DNA of 59,341 nucleotides, filler included, from Platydemus manokwari (GCA_037951405.1; 5 parts of 5 records of this genome joined end to end with filler, not necessarily neighbours in it); one strand, 5' to 3'. Shown: positions 1 through 12,755, counted from the first letter of the whole stretch. Notes: generated from the sequence alone by a model not told the origin. Numbers and translations: made by a program.

Positions 1-7
1 TAAATTA

Positions 8-222
8 ATTGATCACAATATTGATAACAATATCGCTCACGATACCAATAATTTATTTATCACAATATTGATAACAATATTGATCACAATATTGAAAAAA
101 ATATCAACCACAATACCAATGACTATATCGATCACAATACTGATAAAAATATCGATCACAACATTGATAGCAATATTGATCACAAAATTGATTACAACAT
201 CGATCCCAAATTAACGACAATA
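8..222. repeat. Degenerate 12-bp tandem repeat (consensus ATYGATCACAAT), ~18 units
   Basis: Parses as attgatcacaat|attgataacaat|atcgctcacgat|...|atcgatcacaat|actgataaaaat|atcgatcacaac|attgatagcaat...; two units are 11 nt. Confidence 0.85.
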
Positions 223-2399
223 CATAAACAAAATACTATTTCAAATAAACAAAAAATATAAATTTAATATCGATAATGTCTTCAGATATTTCTCTGCAAA
301 TTTTACACATTTATAAAGTTTGGAAATCGTTAAGATTTTTAACATTATCTAACAGAGGCCCATTAAAAATCCATATACAAATACATGTATATCGTTATCA
401 GTTTCATTAATGCCGCTCTCGACATTTACCAATAGGAGAAGGGAAAAAATTAGCAAAAATTCATGTTGAAAATTATGGATGAAATTTACGATATTCATCA
501 TTTTGATAATGGTTTGACAAGTATTCCGAACGAGATAGGAGATTATAATCCAAAAATTTTAGATGCATCACATACTTGGCTTGATTAATAATAATAAGGT
601 CTGGCCAATATCGATGCTTGTATTCGACCTTGTAAGTTCATTCATCAATAATTATATCAGGGAGATAAATAAATAATTTCGATAGTTGCTATATTTTGAA
701 ATTATTTTACAAATCATGTTTCTTAATTAGAAACCGTTGGATACCAAATATTAATGAAATTTCAAGGTCATTATAGATATATTAAAACAAACAGCGAAAA
801 TTAATATGACACATTCTAGTAATAAATCCATTCGAATATATCGATTGATTTGAAGATAAGGCAATGAAATTATTATAATGACTTACAAACATTCATAATT
901 GATCAATATCTTCTGTACACTGATATGGTATGGTTGGTTTTTATTTACGGTATTGTTCATCCTTAAAAATTGAATGCCTTCATCGGTGGACTCTTTTCTT
1001 TTCATTGAACACGATTCTGCAGCTTTTTCGTTTTTGATAAAGCAACTCGCTTTATGGTTTTCGAAAACTGAAATGAAAATTTATATTTCATCAAAACAAA
1101 TATCCTGTCTCATTGGGTTTTTTTTAATGATGAGAAATGGCGATGATAACGATGACGATATTGACGTTGATGATGATGATATTGATAAAAAATTATTCTC
1201 CAAAACACGGGAAAAAATAAGCAATCTCTGACAAAATTATTGCCATCGATTTACTATGAGAGAATATCGATTATTCCTTAAGCTAAATGTAGTTGGGTAA
1301 TGAAATCATAAAATACATTAATATCAATCTACTCGGTGATAAGACTATTATTGATAATCTCATCATATTATTCCTATTAAAAATCGATAACCAATCAATG
1401 GTACACTTTACAGTTGACGAGTACTGTACACTGAAATGCAACATTTGAAAGGATAGTAAATGTTAATTAATAATCCCATTTTGTGTTCAATGTTGTGAAA
1501 ACAATAAGGTTTAGGAAATTACTTTTTCTACAGCTATTATCAATCTACTGTAGAAACATCAATATTCGATAATTAAAATGCGAAATCTTTGTGATTTCAT
1601 CAGTAATACATTTGTCAACGGTTTTAGTATGAATAGAATAGGAACTGGTCAGCAATGTTGATCAATGAGACCAGTTTTACAATTGATTGGAAACAGACTC
1701 TATTTCGATTTTGATGACGTCATTTTAAATACAAATTATGATTGGTCCGTTATTATGAATGCACACTCATTTTACAAGGAGAATTTCGATGTAATATAAA
1801 TTTATTGATAATCAAACCATCTTAAGTTTAACATCGATATTTTTAATCAATAATGCATCGAATTAATGCTTCTTCGAAATCATTCATTATCTTATATTGC
1901 ATTCAGCTTATGTCAACATATCGAACCGTATATATATTAATAACACATGAGACCAGATATAAAATAACGTTCTCCAATGAAGCAAAGCTGAGATTCCTCA
2001 AATGAAATGATTGAACCCGATGCTTGTGATAAAGTGGGATTAGAAAAATCAGATTCAATTGTTTACAGGTCGTTTTAATCAACGAATATTAATGGATATC
2101 CCTCTACTCACTTGGTTGACGAGATTTTATGATAATGTTATAAAAATATATTTTATACATGTTGGAAAAATATCTGAGATTAAAGGAACAGGAAAACCAA
2201 TTAGAAATTATCTGAAAAATTAAATTAAAAATATTTTGAAATGATTTTCTTTATTAAATTAGGTTGATCTATCGATTTATGATATCCGTTATGATGGGTG
2301 AGATGGGCTTTTAGAGCGATTTAAATCTATATGAAATAGAATTTGAAATTCAAGTTTAGAATGAGTTTTAGAGGTGTTTATTTTTCTTATTATATATGA

Positions 2400-2917
2400 T
2401 GAAGACTTTTGGAATATTCCTTGTAGGTATAGACTCAATTAATGTCAAGGATGTAGGATAGAAATGCAGCCACCAAGGCAGAATCGAAATGGCATTAAGG
2501 AGTATTTCTGATAATAATGATATTACATTGAATTAATACATTAAGGAAAATGGCTCAATTTTTGTAGCATTTCAGCTTAGCCGAAAAGATGATTAGGATT
2601 GTTCGAGATATGGTTGTAACAACTTTGGCATCAGAGAAGCTGGCTTGAGATAAATTATTACCTCGGATAGAATTTATCATCAATGCAACATATCAGAGCT
2701 CAATTCGACATTCTCCTTTTGAAATATTCTTTGGACGACGATTTATTATGCATGGGTTACGATTAAATGAATCATTCCACCACAACCAGATCATCAAAGA
2801 AACGAAAAACCAACTAAAATTGCTGGCTTCAAATTTAAGGAAATTTGATTCTGAAAAAAGAGGTTGTCGAATTTTTGAGATTGCAAACTAAGTTTGAGTG
2901 AAGAAAGAACCACACAA
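2400..2917 (+). mobile_element. Ty3/Gypsy-like LTR retrotransposon integrase relic
   Basis: Translation of ~2580-2745 gives AEKMIRIVRDMVVTTLASEKLA*DKLLPRIEFIINATYQSSIRHSPFEIFFGR, the typical end of the rve core (E..I..(I/V)..M...W...LP...F..N....S...SPFE..FGR). A CxxC remnant (CQGC) lies at ~2443-2454. Contains stops and runs into an N gap. Confidence 0.75.
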
Positions 2918-3266
2918 NNNNNNNNNNNNNNNNNNNNNNNNNNNNNNNNNNNNNNNNNNNNNNNNNNNNNNNNNNNNNNNNNNNNNNNNNNNNNNNNNNN
3001 NNNNNNNNNNNNNNNNNNNNNNNNNNNNNNNNNNNNNNNNNNNNNNNNNNNNNNNNNNNNNNNNNNNNNNNNNNNNNNNNNNNNNNNNNNNNNNNNNNNN
3101 NNNNNNNNNNNNNNNNNNNNNNNNNNNNNNNNNNNNNNNNNNNNNNNNNNNNNNNNNNNNNNNNNNNNAAATGAAAACTTAAAAGTAAATAAAATGCAAA
3201 TACTATTTATAAATATTAAGATAACATTTATTTGTAAAGTAAATAATCGGATTAGTGAAAATTAAA

Positions 3267-3770
3267 TTGATTCACATTATTATTGGCGAGAATAATGATT
3301 GTAATTGCAGTGGTAATCCATTCTCAACAGATTTTACTACTTTAGAAATATCACATGACAGATTATTATTTCTGAGATGTATTTTGTTAGCCGATCCGGA
3401 TGTGCGAATTGCAGAATATTTTTATCAGTGGAGGATGTTTCAAGGATTCGAGGTAGAATAAAAACATTTTCTGTGTTAGTAATCATCGTGTCTCGAGATA
3501 AGATATTTGGATTCCTATTTTTATAGACTGAAGGCATTCTCAAACCTGACTTTATTGTTGACAAGTGAAGTGGCTTTTCTATTTCAGACAAAGTATTTCC
3601 TTTATTTCCACACTATTTATGTTGTGATTTCAATTTAATTACTGGAATATCATTTGTCTGTAATGGATGAGAAATTACATATGAGAAACACATCTCAACT
3701 TTCGAACAGGTGATATCCTGTTGATGATCTTCTTCAATACTTTGTATTGAACTCTCCTCTGATTTCATGA
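3267..3770 (-). pseudogene. Inverted, internally deleted pseudocopy of the 3' half of the 4213-5778 gene
   Basis: The reverse complement aligns by eye to ~5055-5836. ORF 3337-3591 (EIEKPLHLSTIKSGLRMPSVYKNRNPNILSRDTMITNTENVFILPRILE) closely matches the large ORF. It has a frameshift and deletions, including the equivalent of ~5596-5784. Confidence 0.9.
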
Positions 3771-4143
3771 TATTTGCGATCTATATATATCAGCAATGAA
3801 AACAGTTCGAAATGTCATTTTAATATGTGTGCAGGAGTAAATCTTTTCAATGTTGTGTGATTCTAGCAATTTATATGATTTATGGTTTTAATTAAAGAAT
3901 CTCGATCACAATATTATTTATGCATTCCAATTTGGGAGCCATAAGAGAAATATTTACATATCTTTGTGTTACATTCGGAAATAAAAATATAATTGAATTT
4001 TTTAATAATATTAGAAGCCTACATTTAAATATATTTAGCTTTATTTATTGATTTGCCGAATTATTATTATTGTATTCTTCTCGAAGTCTTCAGTGATTCT
4101 CCTGTAAAAGGAAAATCTACGGATAAAATATTCATTGATAAAA

Positions 4144-4168
4144 TGACGTAATCAAATCTTATATAAAA
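4144..4168 (+). promoter_or_regulatory. Possible core promoter of the 521-aa gene: CRE-like TGACGTAA plus TATATAAAA
   Basis: TGACGTAA at 4144-4151 and TATATAAAA at 4160-4168, about 45 nt upstream of an AAAATG start. Weak, because the background is AT-rich. Confidence 0.3.
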
Positions 4169-4212
4169 ATTTGTGAAAATAATAACAAACATAAATAAAC
4201 AACAAACTTAAA

Positions 4213-5778
4213 ATGAATTCAAAAATGCAACAATTGTTTGATGAAATTGATTGTTGTTATAAAGAAATCGATAATATCGACGACTGTATTGAGAATGATC
4301 ACGAATCTCGTATTATTAACGAAATAAATATCGAACAAATCGTAAATGAAAATTCAGACTGGGATATTAATAAAGTGACTGAACAGATTAGAGAGCTCAT
4401 TACATTAGAAAACAATACAAGGAAAAATATTGACGAACTACATGAAATGACATTTGCTTGTATTGACACTAGCTTATCTTTCACAACCCTTCATGAAGAA
4501 TCAATCAATGATAATGATTTTAATGACAGAGACGATTCCAATGATGTTGGACCCATGAAGGATGTAATGACATCAGAACAACATCCAAGAAAAGACATAG
4601 AGGAATTGACACCAACAAATTTCAATTGCATAGGGATTGGCGCACCATTCATAATTCTTCATAAAGAATCAATAAATGATAATGATTTGAATGAAGAGGT
4701 AGTTTCTAATAGTGATGAAAAATGTATGTCAGTAGAGCAGTATTCATTACAAATTATTGAGGAAGTAGATCCACAAGTAAATAATTGCTCAATTATTGAC
4801 CTACCTTTCACACTTCTTCATAACAATTCAATAAATGAAGGCTTTCCCAGTGAAGACTTAGTATCCAAAGATATTCAATCAAATGAAGAATTTATCAGTT
4901 CTGATCTCAATACTTTTACTAAAGTGCAACAATCACCAGTGAAATTATCAACAATTGACTGCTTACCATTCAAAATGGCTTGTGAAGAATCAATAAATGA
5001 CAATAATTACCTCGGAGAGGAACTTTCTCAAAATAATGAACTTTTTGAAGATTTTAAGAAATCAGAGGAGAGTTTAATACAAAGTATTGCAGAAGATCAT
5101 CAACAGGAAATCAACGGTTCAAAAGTTGAGATGCCTTTCTCATCTGTAATTTCTCATCAATCACAGACAAATGATATTCCCGTAATTAAATCAAATCTGG
5201 AAAAAGAAAATGACATAACAAGACTCATTAAGTCTGACAGTGTAAAAAGTGTGGAAATAAAGGAAATAATTTGTGACGAAACTCTAAGTAATGCAGCTTT
5301 ACATACTGTCATTGATAAAAGTAAACCCGAAATAGAAAAGTCACCTCATTTGACAACCATAAAGTCAGGTCTGAGAATGCCTTCAGTCTATAAAAATAAG
5401 AATTCAAAAATCTTATCTCGCGACACGATGATTACTAACACAGAAAATGTTTTAATTCTACCTCGAATCCTTGAAATATCCTCCACTGATAAAAAACATT
5501 CTGCAACTCGCACATCCGGATCAACCAACAAAATACATCTCAGAAATAATAATCAGTCATGTGATATTTCTAAAATAGTAAAATTTGCTGAGAATTCAGT
5601 TTCAGTTGTAAACAACGGTTTTCAGTTTGTTTCTAAAATTCCAAAACTAAAATCAGGTCTTAAGAAGGCAAATCAGAACAAAATTCTTTCTAATAAGTTC
5701 CAAACAATTCATTCAACCGCCCAAAGAACAAAGCATACTCAATTGAGATGCAGTGGTATTCCTAAATTGAAAAAGTAA
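4213..5778 (+). CDS. Intronless 521-aa orphan protein: 4-5 acidic ~55-aa repeats and a basic Ser-rich C-terminus with two SxIP (putative EB1-binding) motifs
   Basis: 1566-nt open frame in very AT-rich DNA. Repeat cores are SFTTLHEESINDND / PFIILHKESINDND / PFTLLHNNSINEG / PFKMACEESINDNN. SKIPKLK (5632) and SGIPKLKK* (5752). An adjacent paralogous pseudocopy exists. Confidence 0.8.
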   Translation: MNSKMQQLFDEIDCCYKEIDNIDDCIENDHESRIINEINIEQIVNENSDWDINKVTEQIRELITLENNTRKNIDELHEMTFACIDTSLSFTTLHEESINDNDFNDRDDSNDVGPMKDVMTSEQHPRKDIEELTPTNFNCIGIGAPFIILHKESINDNDLNEEVVSNSDEKCMSVEQYSLQIIEEVDPQVNNCSIIDLPFTLLHNNSINEGFPSEDLVSKDIQSNEEFISSDLNTFTKVQQSPVKLSTIDCLPFKMACEESINDNNYLGEELSQNNELFEDFKKSEESLIQSIAEDHQQEINGSKVEMPFSSVISHQSQTNDIPVIKSNLEKENDITRLIKSDSVKSVEIKEIICDETLSNAALHTVIDKSKPEIEKSPHLTTIKSGLRMPSVYKNKNSKILSRDTMITNTENVLILPRILEISSTDKKHSATRTSGSTNKIHLRNNNQSCDISKIVKFAENSVSVVNNGFQFVSKIPKLKSGLKKANQNKILSNKFQTIHSTAQRTKHTQLRCSGIPKLKK

Positions 5779-6210
5779 ACAATAGATTACCACTGGAATT
5801 ACAATTGTTATTCTCACCAATAATAATGTGAATCAATATAATTATAACTATTCTTTTTATTAACTACATTATTTATATTTTATATTTACTTTATAGATTT
5901 ACTTTATATAAGTCATTATTATTATTAGTCTGAAACATTTGGAGGTATGAAAATAATCCTAGAATGCCATTACCAGACATTTCAATAATTACAACGATTT
6001 TGCATGTCGGTTGTAAATAACTAGTTTATTTGTATGTATTCTCTGACTACATCTCTTTTTCCTTACATTCTTAAAGCAGATATTGGTACTATTTGTATTG
6101 ACGTGTGTAAAGTTGTGGATTTTCGAAAACCTCTTAATTCCTTTAGATTTTTTATTTCTTTTTTTCTTTTATTAAGTCACGGTGATAAAAGGACTTTATG
6201 CTTACATTAT

Positions 6211-6785
6211 TACACCTTGCGATTCATAAGGCTCCATCTCTTAAATTAAAATAATATAATAGTAATAACAAACTAAGAGTATTGAGTTACTTTAATGCAC
6301 AACAAAACACAATAACAATAAGAACAAATAACGGTAAATAATAAGCAATTTAATAGTAACTGTTCAAAATCTTCATCATCTTGCTCCAAAAAGAGCTTTC
6401 TGAAGCTTGACTAGCATCTTCGGATGATTTCTTGATTGATGTTTATTAATTCATGTGAAAATGTTTCTTCAAGTCAGCTGAGGGTTGTATAATTGTTATG
6501 GATTGCATAAACTCGATATTCCATATAGCTCCATAACCAAAAGTCCAATATCGTGAGGTCTGGAGATTTGGTGGCCACTTCATTCGTAAGCGAAAATTTA
6601 AAATCACCACTTGCTTCCGCCATATTGTAATAATGCAACTGATTAATAAGAAATAAGAAATAAAGTACATTAATCAGTGAATAATAAATGATAACAATTA
6701 GTATAAATATGCAAGTATAAATTATATTGTGCTTTGTTGTTTTATTTTAGTTTTTGAGACGTAGGCTTATGAATCGCACGGTATA
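6211..6785 (-). mobile_element. Internally deleted Tc1/mariner-superfamily DNA transposon with ~28-bp TIRs and TA target-site duplication
   Basis: Left end TA+caccttgcgattcataaggctccatctc (6213-6240) versus right end gagacgtaggcttatgaatcgcacggta+TA (6756-6785), an imperfect inverted pair. The minus strand at ~6500-6580 reads WPP/KSPDLTILDFWLWSYMEYRVY, the WPPxSPDLxxLDFxLW motif of Tc1/Tc3/maT-like transposases. Confidence 0.85.
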
Positions 6786-8059
6786 TAAAGTTGAATTAAA
6801 TATTTTATCGAAATATCACACATTAAAACAATGAGTATAATTCAGAAGTTTCCACTAGAAAGCTATACTTTACTAACGATTCAGGAATTCCTGAGAGATA
6901 CCAGAAAAAATTAACCATATAAATTTCAGATAAACGAAAGATTTTCCATGAATTCACTGGATCATTAATAATCTAAATCTCAATCAATCGTCAAACAGTT
7001 CTAAACGAAATCTGCCCTTGGAAATATACATGCTGTCAACTGAAATTGCAATCTCAATAGATAGAAACTTATCAGTTTTTCATTCTAGTTTCAACTTTAA
7101 TATCTACTGAACCGCTTATGTGAGACACCAATTAGTTTCCCATGGATATTTGAATGCCGTTATTTATTATCCCTTAATTTCACAATCAATCGATGTCGAT
7201 CCCTTTTTGGTTGTGACGTTATGCTCTACCATTTCTATGACAATGATAATAAATAAATCTGTCAGCAAAAAATATCTGAATGATTGATTTTTATTAGCGA
7301 TACTTACGATTACATAACCAATCATGCATTAATCAACGTAATCAATCGCATCTATTTGAGAAGCAGTTCGAAATGCTATGAGAGATTCAGGAGGATTTTG
7401 GATTGAAAGAATAAAATTGATTTTCCAATAGAAAAAATCAATAAATCAATGTTTTTAAAATGAAGATATTTATAATCAATAATAAAATGTGTTGAAATTA
7501 TATTTCGAGGTATATTAATCCGGAGAATTGATTTATTGGAATAAATACCAGAAAAGTTTCTGAATGAATATACATATATATATATATATAAATAAACTTA
7601 TCTTCTTTCCACATATATACTGAAAATATTTCTGAATGAATGTCCATGAATTCCATTAATAATATTAAAAAGCTCCGAGTTGAACAAAAACCCTCTTTGA
7701 CTGCAGTAAGTAGTGAATAGATTTGTGACATTAGCATACAAGTTATTACCAATGAGGATTTCGATATTTCGAGTTCAAACCTCGTTCAATAGATTATCTG
7801 ATATGACTTAATGTTCTGAATAAATCTGTGAGATTTATTGATTTCATAACACCTTGTGAGGATTTAAAAGATTTCATGAATAAGTTTTATTTATTTTAAA
7901 TTAAATAAATGATTTGAAAACTACTTTTGACGTTCTTAAAATCGGTTTCAATCCTAGTCTAATGGAACAGTAAATAGAGCTGAAAATCTTAAAGTTAATT
8001 GGCTGTAATGATACTAATAAGCAATTTTAGTTATAATAAAATCGTTATAAATTTAAAGC

Positions 8060-8886
8060 ATGATAAAACTTATTATACAATGGGAAAGCGGTTTTTGGCG
8101 AACAGATAGCCACCACATTTTTTGTCAGATGATAATAAAGCCCAACAGCGAAAGAATATGTGGTGAATTTTTAGCCATGCACCAACGGAACGACTTTCTA
8201 TCCCAACTCATAACGGTGGATGAGATGTGGGTATATTTGAACAATGCCAATCGATATATTATCACGACTGATTTTGGTACTGTGCCGATGAATCAATCAA
8301 CAACATCAATTCGTCACACCTTGCAACTGTTTTTTGTGGGATGTGGAAGGAATTTCCCAGTGTGATGTACTTCACAAAGGAAAAAACATAAACGCAGAAA
8401 TTTACTGCACTCAGTTGATTCGATTCGAGAAAAAAAGGCACCCGTTGTGTGGAAACTGTTTTGAAAAGTTCCATTTCCTTCACGATAACGCTCGACTGCA
8501 TATGGTACGTTTAACTCAAAATAAACTTGCTGAGACCGGTTTTGCGGTGATACCGCATCCATCATACTCCCCACATCTTGTCACTTTAGGCTATTATATG
8601 TTTTCTTCTATGAAAACTCACTTCGTGGGAAAACGTATCTCTCCGGTGAACAGGTTAACGATGATTTGGAAAAAGTTTGCTTCAAAACCTGTGGAATTCT
8701 ATGAAAACTCCATCAAACAACTTCCAGAACTCAGGCAAAATTGTGTAGAGCTTAAAGGCGACTATTATCAATATTTCAGATTTACAGTCGAGTGATATTT
8801 TGTTTATATTTCTCAATGTACATATTTTCTTTATTGAGTAAATAAATATTATGTTCTATCGGACAAGACTTTCGTTCTAATCATAT
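8060..8886 (+). mobile_element. Mariner-family transposase pseudogene (frameshifted, 5'-truncated)
   Basis: Two overlapping ORFs carry FLSQLITVDEMWVY (first catalytic D), WDVEGI..LHKGKNINAEIYCTQL, FLHDNARLH (second D) and HPSYSPHLVTLGYYMFSSMK (degenerate YSPDLAPxD). Possible right TIR at ~8860-8886. Confidence 0.9.
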
Positions 8887-11800
8887 GATAACTGCGCCTT
8901 GATTGATTATGGTTTTTGTATTTTAATAGATCATTTTATCCAATTAGTTATCTTTGTTATTAACATCCAATCACATATAGTGTGCGATTTTTACATAGAA
9001 TTTTCATTTGCTCTCATCAAATCGCTGTTTGACAAAGCCCAAAAATTACATATCAACATTACTCCATTAAAATCGATATATCAAACAGAACCAAAGTTAC
9101 AAACAATTCACAAATCAAATTATAAAAATGTTTTGTTTCATTTTTTGTCACATTTTTCATGTTTATCAGAAAATCATCCCTCGAAATTGCCAACATTATT
9201 AGATATTTACAATTCCCGTTATTATAGCAGCATGAACAAAAAGATGGAAAATAAGAAAAAATTAAAAAGAAAATATTATTCCATAAAATGAGCTACGCTC
9301 ACTTGTTTTCATCATTTGACTATCATATTTTGTGCGAAACATATTCTTTCAATTTTTTGCCTATTATCACCTTTTCCTCTACTGAGGATAATATGTTTTT
9401 GCTTTAAGCCATGACTATCGTCGCAAGTTAATTAATTATGCGAGGCTTATAAAGGAAAACGAAATATTCAAGAGTAAATCAATATAAATATTGTGTTTCA
9501 TTCATCTAGAAAAAGACATTCATTATGAATTCACGGGAAAGAAATGATTAACGCTTGAAAATTCTAAATTAATAGATATAAGCTTCGTTGAACAGATACG
9601 ACACTTTATGTAGTTAGTGCAAATCAAATCAAGTGCAAATATATTTTCATTACCATTGATCAGACCGCACTTTATTAAATAGAAGCTCATTTTTTCCATT
9701 CAAAGTTTGATGCTAATAAGATTATCGATTTTACTTCTAAGGAAATATCAGTTATTAGACGATATTAAAATCCCTAGGTTTCAAATGAGGAAGTTTCTAT
9801 AAAAAAGTCAAATCAACTTTTGATAATGATATAAATAATTGTCTTTGTATTTTATGAAAATAATTTATGAAAATCACAATGTTGCACTCAAAACCTTCTT
9901 CATTTTATATGGCATGGGTTGCTTAAATTCGACATAAATAGTGGAGTTAATTGAGTTGCCCGTTCCGGTTCATTTTAGACATTTATGTTTCAATAAAGCA
10001 CTTCTCCATATAGTTCGGGACTTTTTAATTTATAAAATTCTTTCAAAAAACCACTAAAATGTTAATCAATATCGGAATTTTCTCGAGTTCATGTTATCGA
10101 TAGCCTATCAAAAATAATTATTTGAAGATATAAATGATGTTACGTTTATTGTTAAAATTAAATACTTAAGATTATAATATTAAAGTAACAGTTCATAATA
10201 AAATTCAATCCGATAGTCAATTCGGAACATTCAGGGATCACACATCAAAGTTACTTAAAGAAATAAAAATTCCAAAAATCAAATGTAAAATTCCCCGGGT
10301 TTCTGCAATCAAAAGATAAAAACAACGTCAGAAATAATCGATCGTAAAAAAACTTTTAATAAGCTTGGTTTGTTGACTTTTTAACCCGCTGCTTTGCTTT
10401 TAATTCGTTAAAATCCACGGAAGACAAGTCTGTTGGGTGTACCTGGTGTAGAGCACAACAAATAGTCGTGAACTAACTATATCTGACACACTATTTGTAC
10501 AAAATACACACAAAGTTCAAACCCTTAGACACGAGTTTGATAATAACGGATCTTGTCCCAGGACAAATCTAAAATTACAAGCCGAAGATCTACTCCTGAT
10601 CTTACTACAACAATTGTTAATACTACCGCAATACAAATAACTATTGTTCGCAACTACTGTCACGTACGTACAATAGAATACAATTTATACGATACCAATA
10701 TTCAGGAATACTATCCTCAACTATCACTTTATCAATTATTAATATTCCTCGAATAATTATAACCGGATTTCTTCATTTCTGAGAATAAGCAATATTTTCG
10801 TTGTTTCTTAATAATTATTCTCTTGATTTCTTAATAATACTGATTTTCAAATTATTTTCATTCAAATAATTCTTCTTTAATATTTTTTTTCTCCTTCTTC
10901 GGATCTTCAATCTGCCTATCTGGTCTGATCATAAAAATTTTGCAAAATGGCAAATCTTAATCGGGTTGTTTTTGTTTTTATATTGGTTGAAATTCGAATA
11001 AAGATTTTTATCGAATTATCGATTAATCGAAAATTTTGATTTTGGTTTACCGTTTTGTTTGTTATTTTCTAAACAATTTATTTTTTAATCAATTGATTGA
11101 TACATTCTGACAATTAATTGCCGCGTATTTAATTCAAATAAAAATTCCAATCTCTTCAACTGTTAAACACGATTGGATATGAATTATATATGAGCTTAAG
11201 CGAGAACTTATCCATCCCACAATCGCGAGAAATATCCTTTCAGAAATACGATCTCGACAGCAATTTTAATTCATTTACAAGATCTGATTACTTGAGATTG
11301 GCTGTTACTATGGATTATTTATGTGCCAGTGGCATTTTATTTGGAAATGTATTTATCATAGATTTTTAAATTATCGAGATTAATAACGGTTTGAATTTCG
11401 AGTTTATTCCGACAATTGTTTATCCGAATTGTTGAATTGCGATTTTAAAATGAACCGATATCATCACACAAGCTGATTTAGAGTGTTTTAACTGGTTAAC
11501 ATGGTCAGATAAAAGATCATATTATTAAATGGAATAAAGCTTTGGGATGAATAAATTCTTGAAGAGAGGCGAGCTTAAACAAATATGTTATGCAGAATAC
11601 AATAATTCTGATTAGAGTTGTTGGGTTTCATAATCAACAATTTAAACCAGAAAATTGTTTTGACCAAAATGTCACAACCTCAACCACAACAATCACAGTT
11701 AAACCTCTTCTCCAATCAAGATAGTTTAACACACACGATGGGACCAACACCCAAAAGTCAAAGACAGAATAGAAAACAACCAAATAGACTGGTTACTGAA

Positions 11801-12436
11801 AGTCACGCAAAGTTATGATTGATACACACGTTGGCGACCAAACAAGAATGCCAGTTACTCACGGACTCAACCTCTTTTATAAATCTATTGAGTGTGTCTG
11901 TCTGATGTCACGGATTTTCGTTTTCCATTTGTCAAATTATTCGTAGATAGGTCTGCTTTAAATTTTCCTCACATCTTTATGCTATTGACAGATGTTTGAG
12001 TTTGCTGCCATTAGTATTAAAACGAATCTGATTGGTTGACGGTACATGTGCTTATTGGATCTGTGAGTGACGACCTTTCTTAGGATTATTTCTTTCGTTC
12101 TTGAAAACCTTTTGGTTGATCTACCCAACGGAATATATGAGACACACATTGAAAGTTCCACTAATTAACGGTGATGACAAAAATAATCCATAAGTAAATC
12201 TAAGGCATGTCATTGGTTGTATCTTCTTTTCGAATAATTATCAAAAACATTAAACGTTTTATACTTTATAGTTACTCTATTAATGTCTTTTTTTCGATTG
12301 ATATGATATTAACCAAATATGTCTCGATTATTTATTTATCTTAGTCATATTTATTGATTTTTAGATATTATTTTGAGAGAGTACACCAAAAAGAGAATAA
12401 AAAGTCAATTGAAAGAAAGATTCTGCAAAAAAGCTT

Positions 12437-12536
12437 NNNNNNNNNNNNNNNNNNNNNNNNNNNNNNNNNNNNNNNNNNNNTTAATTAATTAANNNNNNNN
12501 NNNNNNNNNNNNNNNNNNNNNNNNNNNNNNNNNNNN
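12437..12536. other. Artificial scaffold-join spacer (44N-TTAATTAATTAA-44N)
   Basis: Six-frame stop linker centred in a 100-nt spacer, repeated identically four times in the window. Confidence 0.95.
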
Positions 12537-12755
12537 AACAATAATAACAATTATATAAGTAATAATAATAATAGTCATAATATTAATCATTATAACAGTA
12601 ATAATGATAATAATAGTAATAATAATAATGTTAATAATAATTGTAGTAATAAAAGTAGTGATAATAATAATAATATTAGTAATAATAATGCTAACAATAA
12701 CATAAAGATTCTAATAAAAGTAATAATAATAATTATTATTATACTAATTATTATA
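12537..12755. repeat. Degenerate (AAT)n low-complexity tract
   Basis: Continuous aataataat-like runs with substitutions at a contig end. Confidence 0.8.

Noticed and set aside
8-222. Repeat array as a CRISPR
   Set aside because: Contiguous 12-bp units with no unique spacers, no cas genes, and a eukaryotic context.
402-631. Exon-like segment with in-frame TAG/TAA codons suggesting a stop-reassigned genetic code
   Set aside because: The seven WAPL exons and the 521-aa ORF have no internal stops and end in TAA, so the standard code fits. This is more likely pseudogene decay or chance.
2894-3265. ORFs spanning N gaps (also 37771-38058)
   Set aside because: Artefacts of translating N runs.
11820-11845. 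cacacgttggcgacca as an LTR primer-binding site
   Set aside because: Imperfect match to tRNA 3' ends; no paired LTR or gag/pol found nearby.
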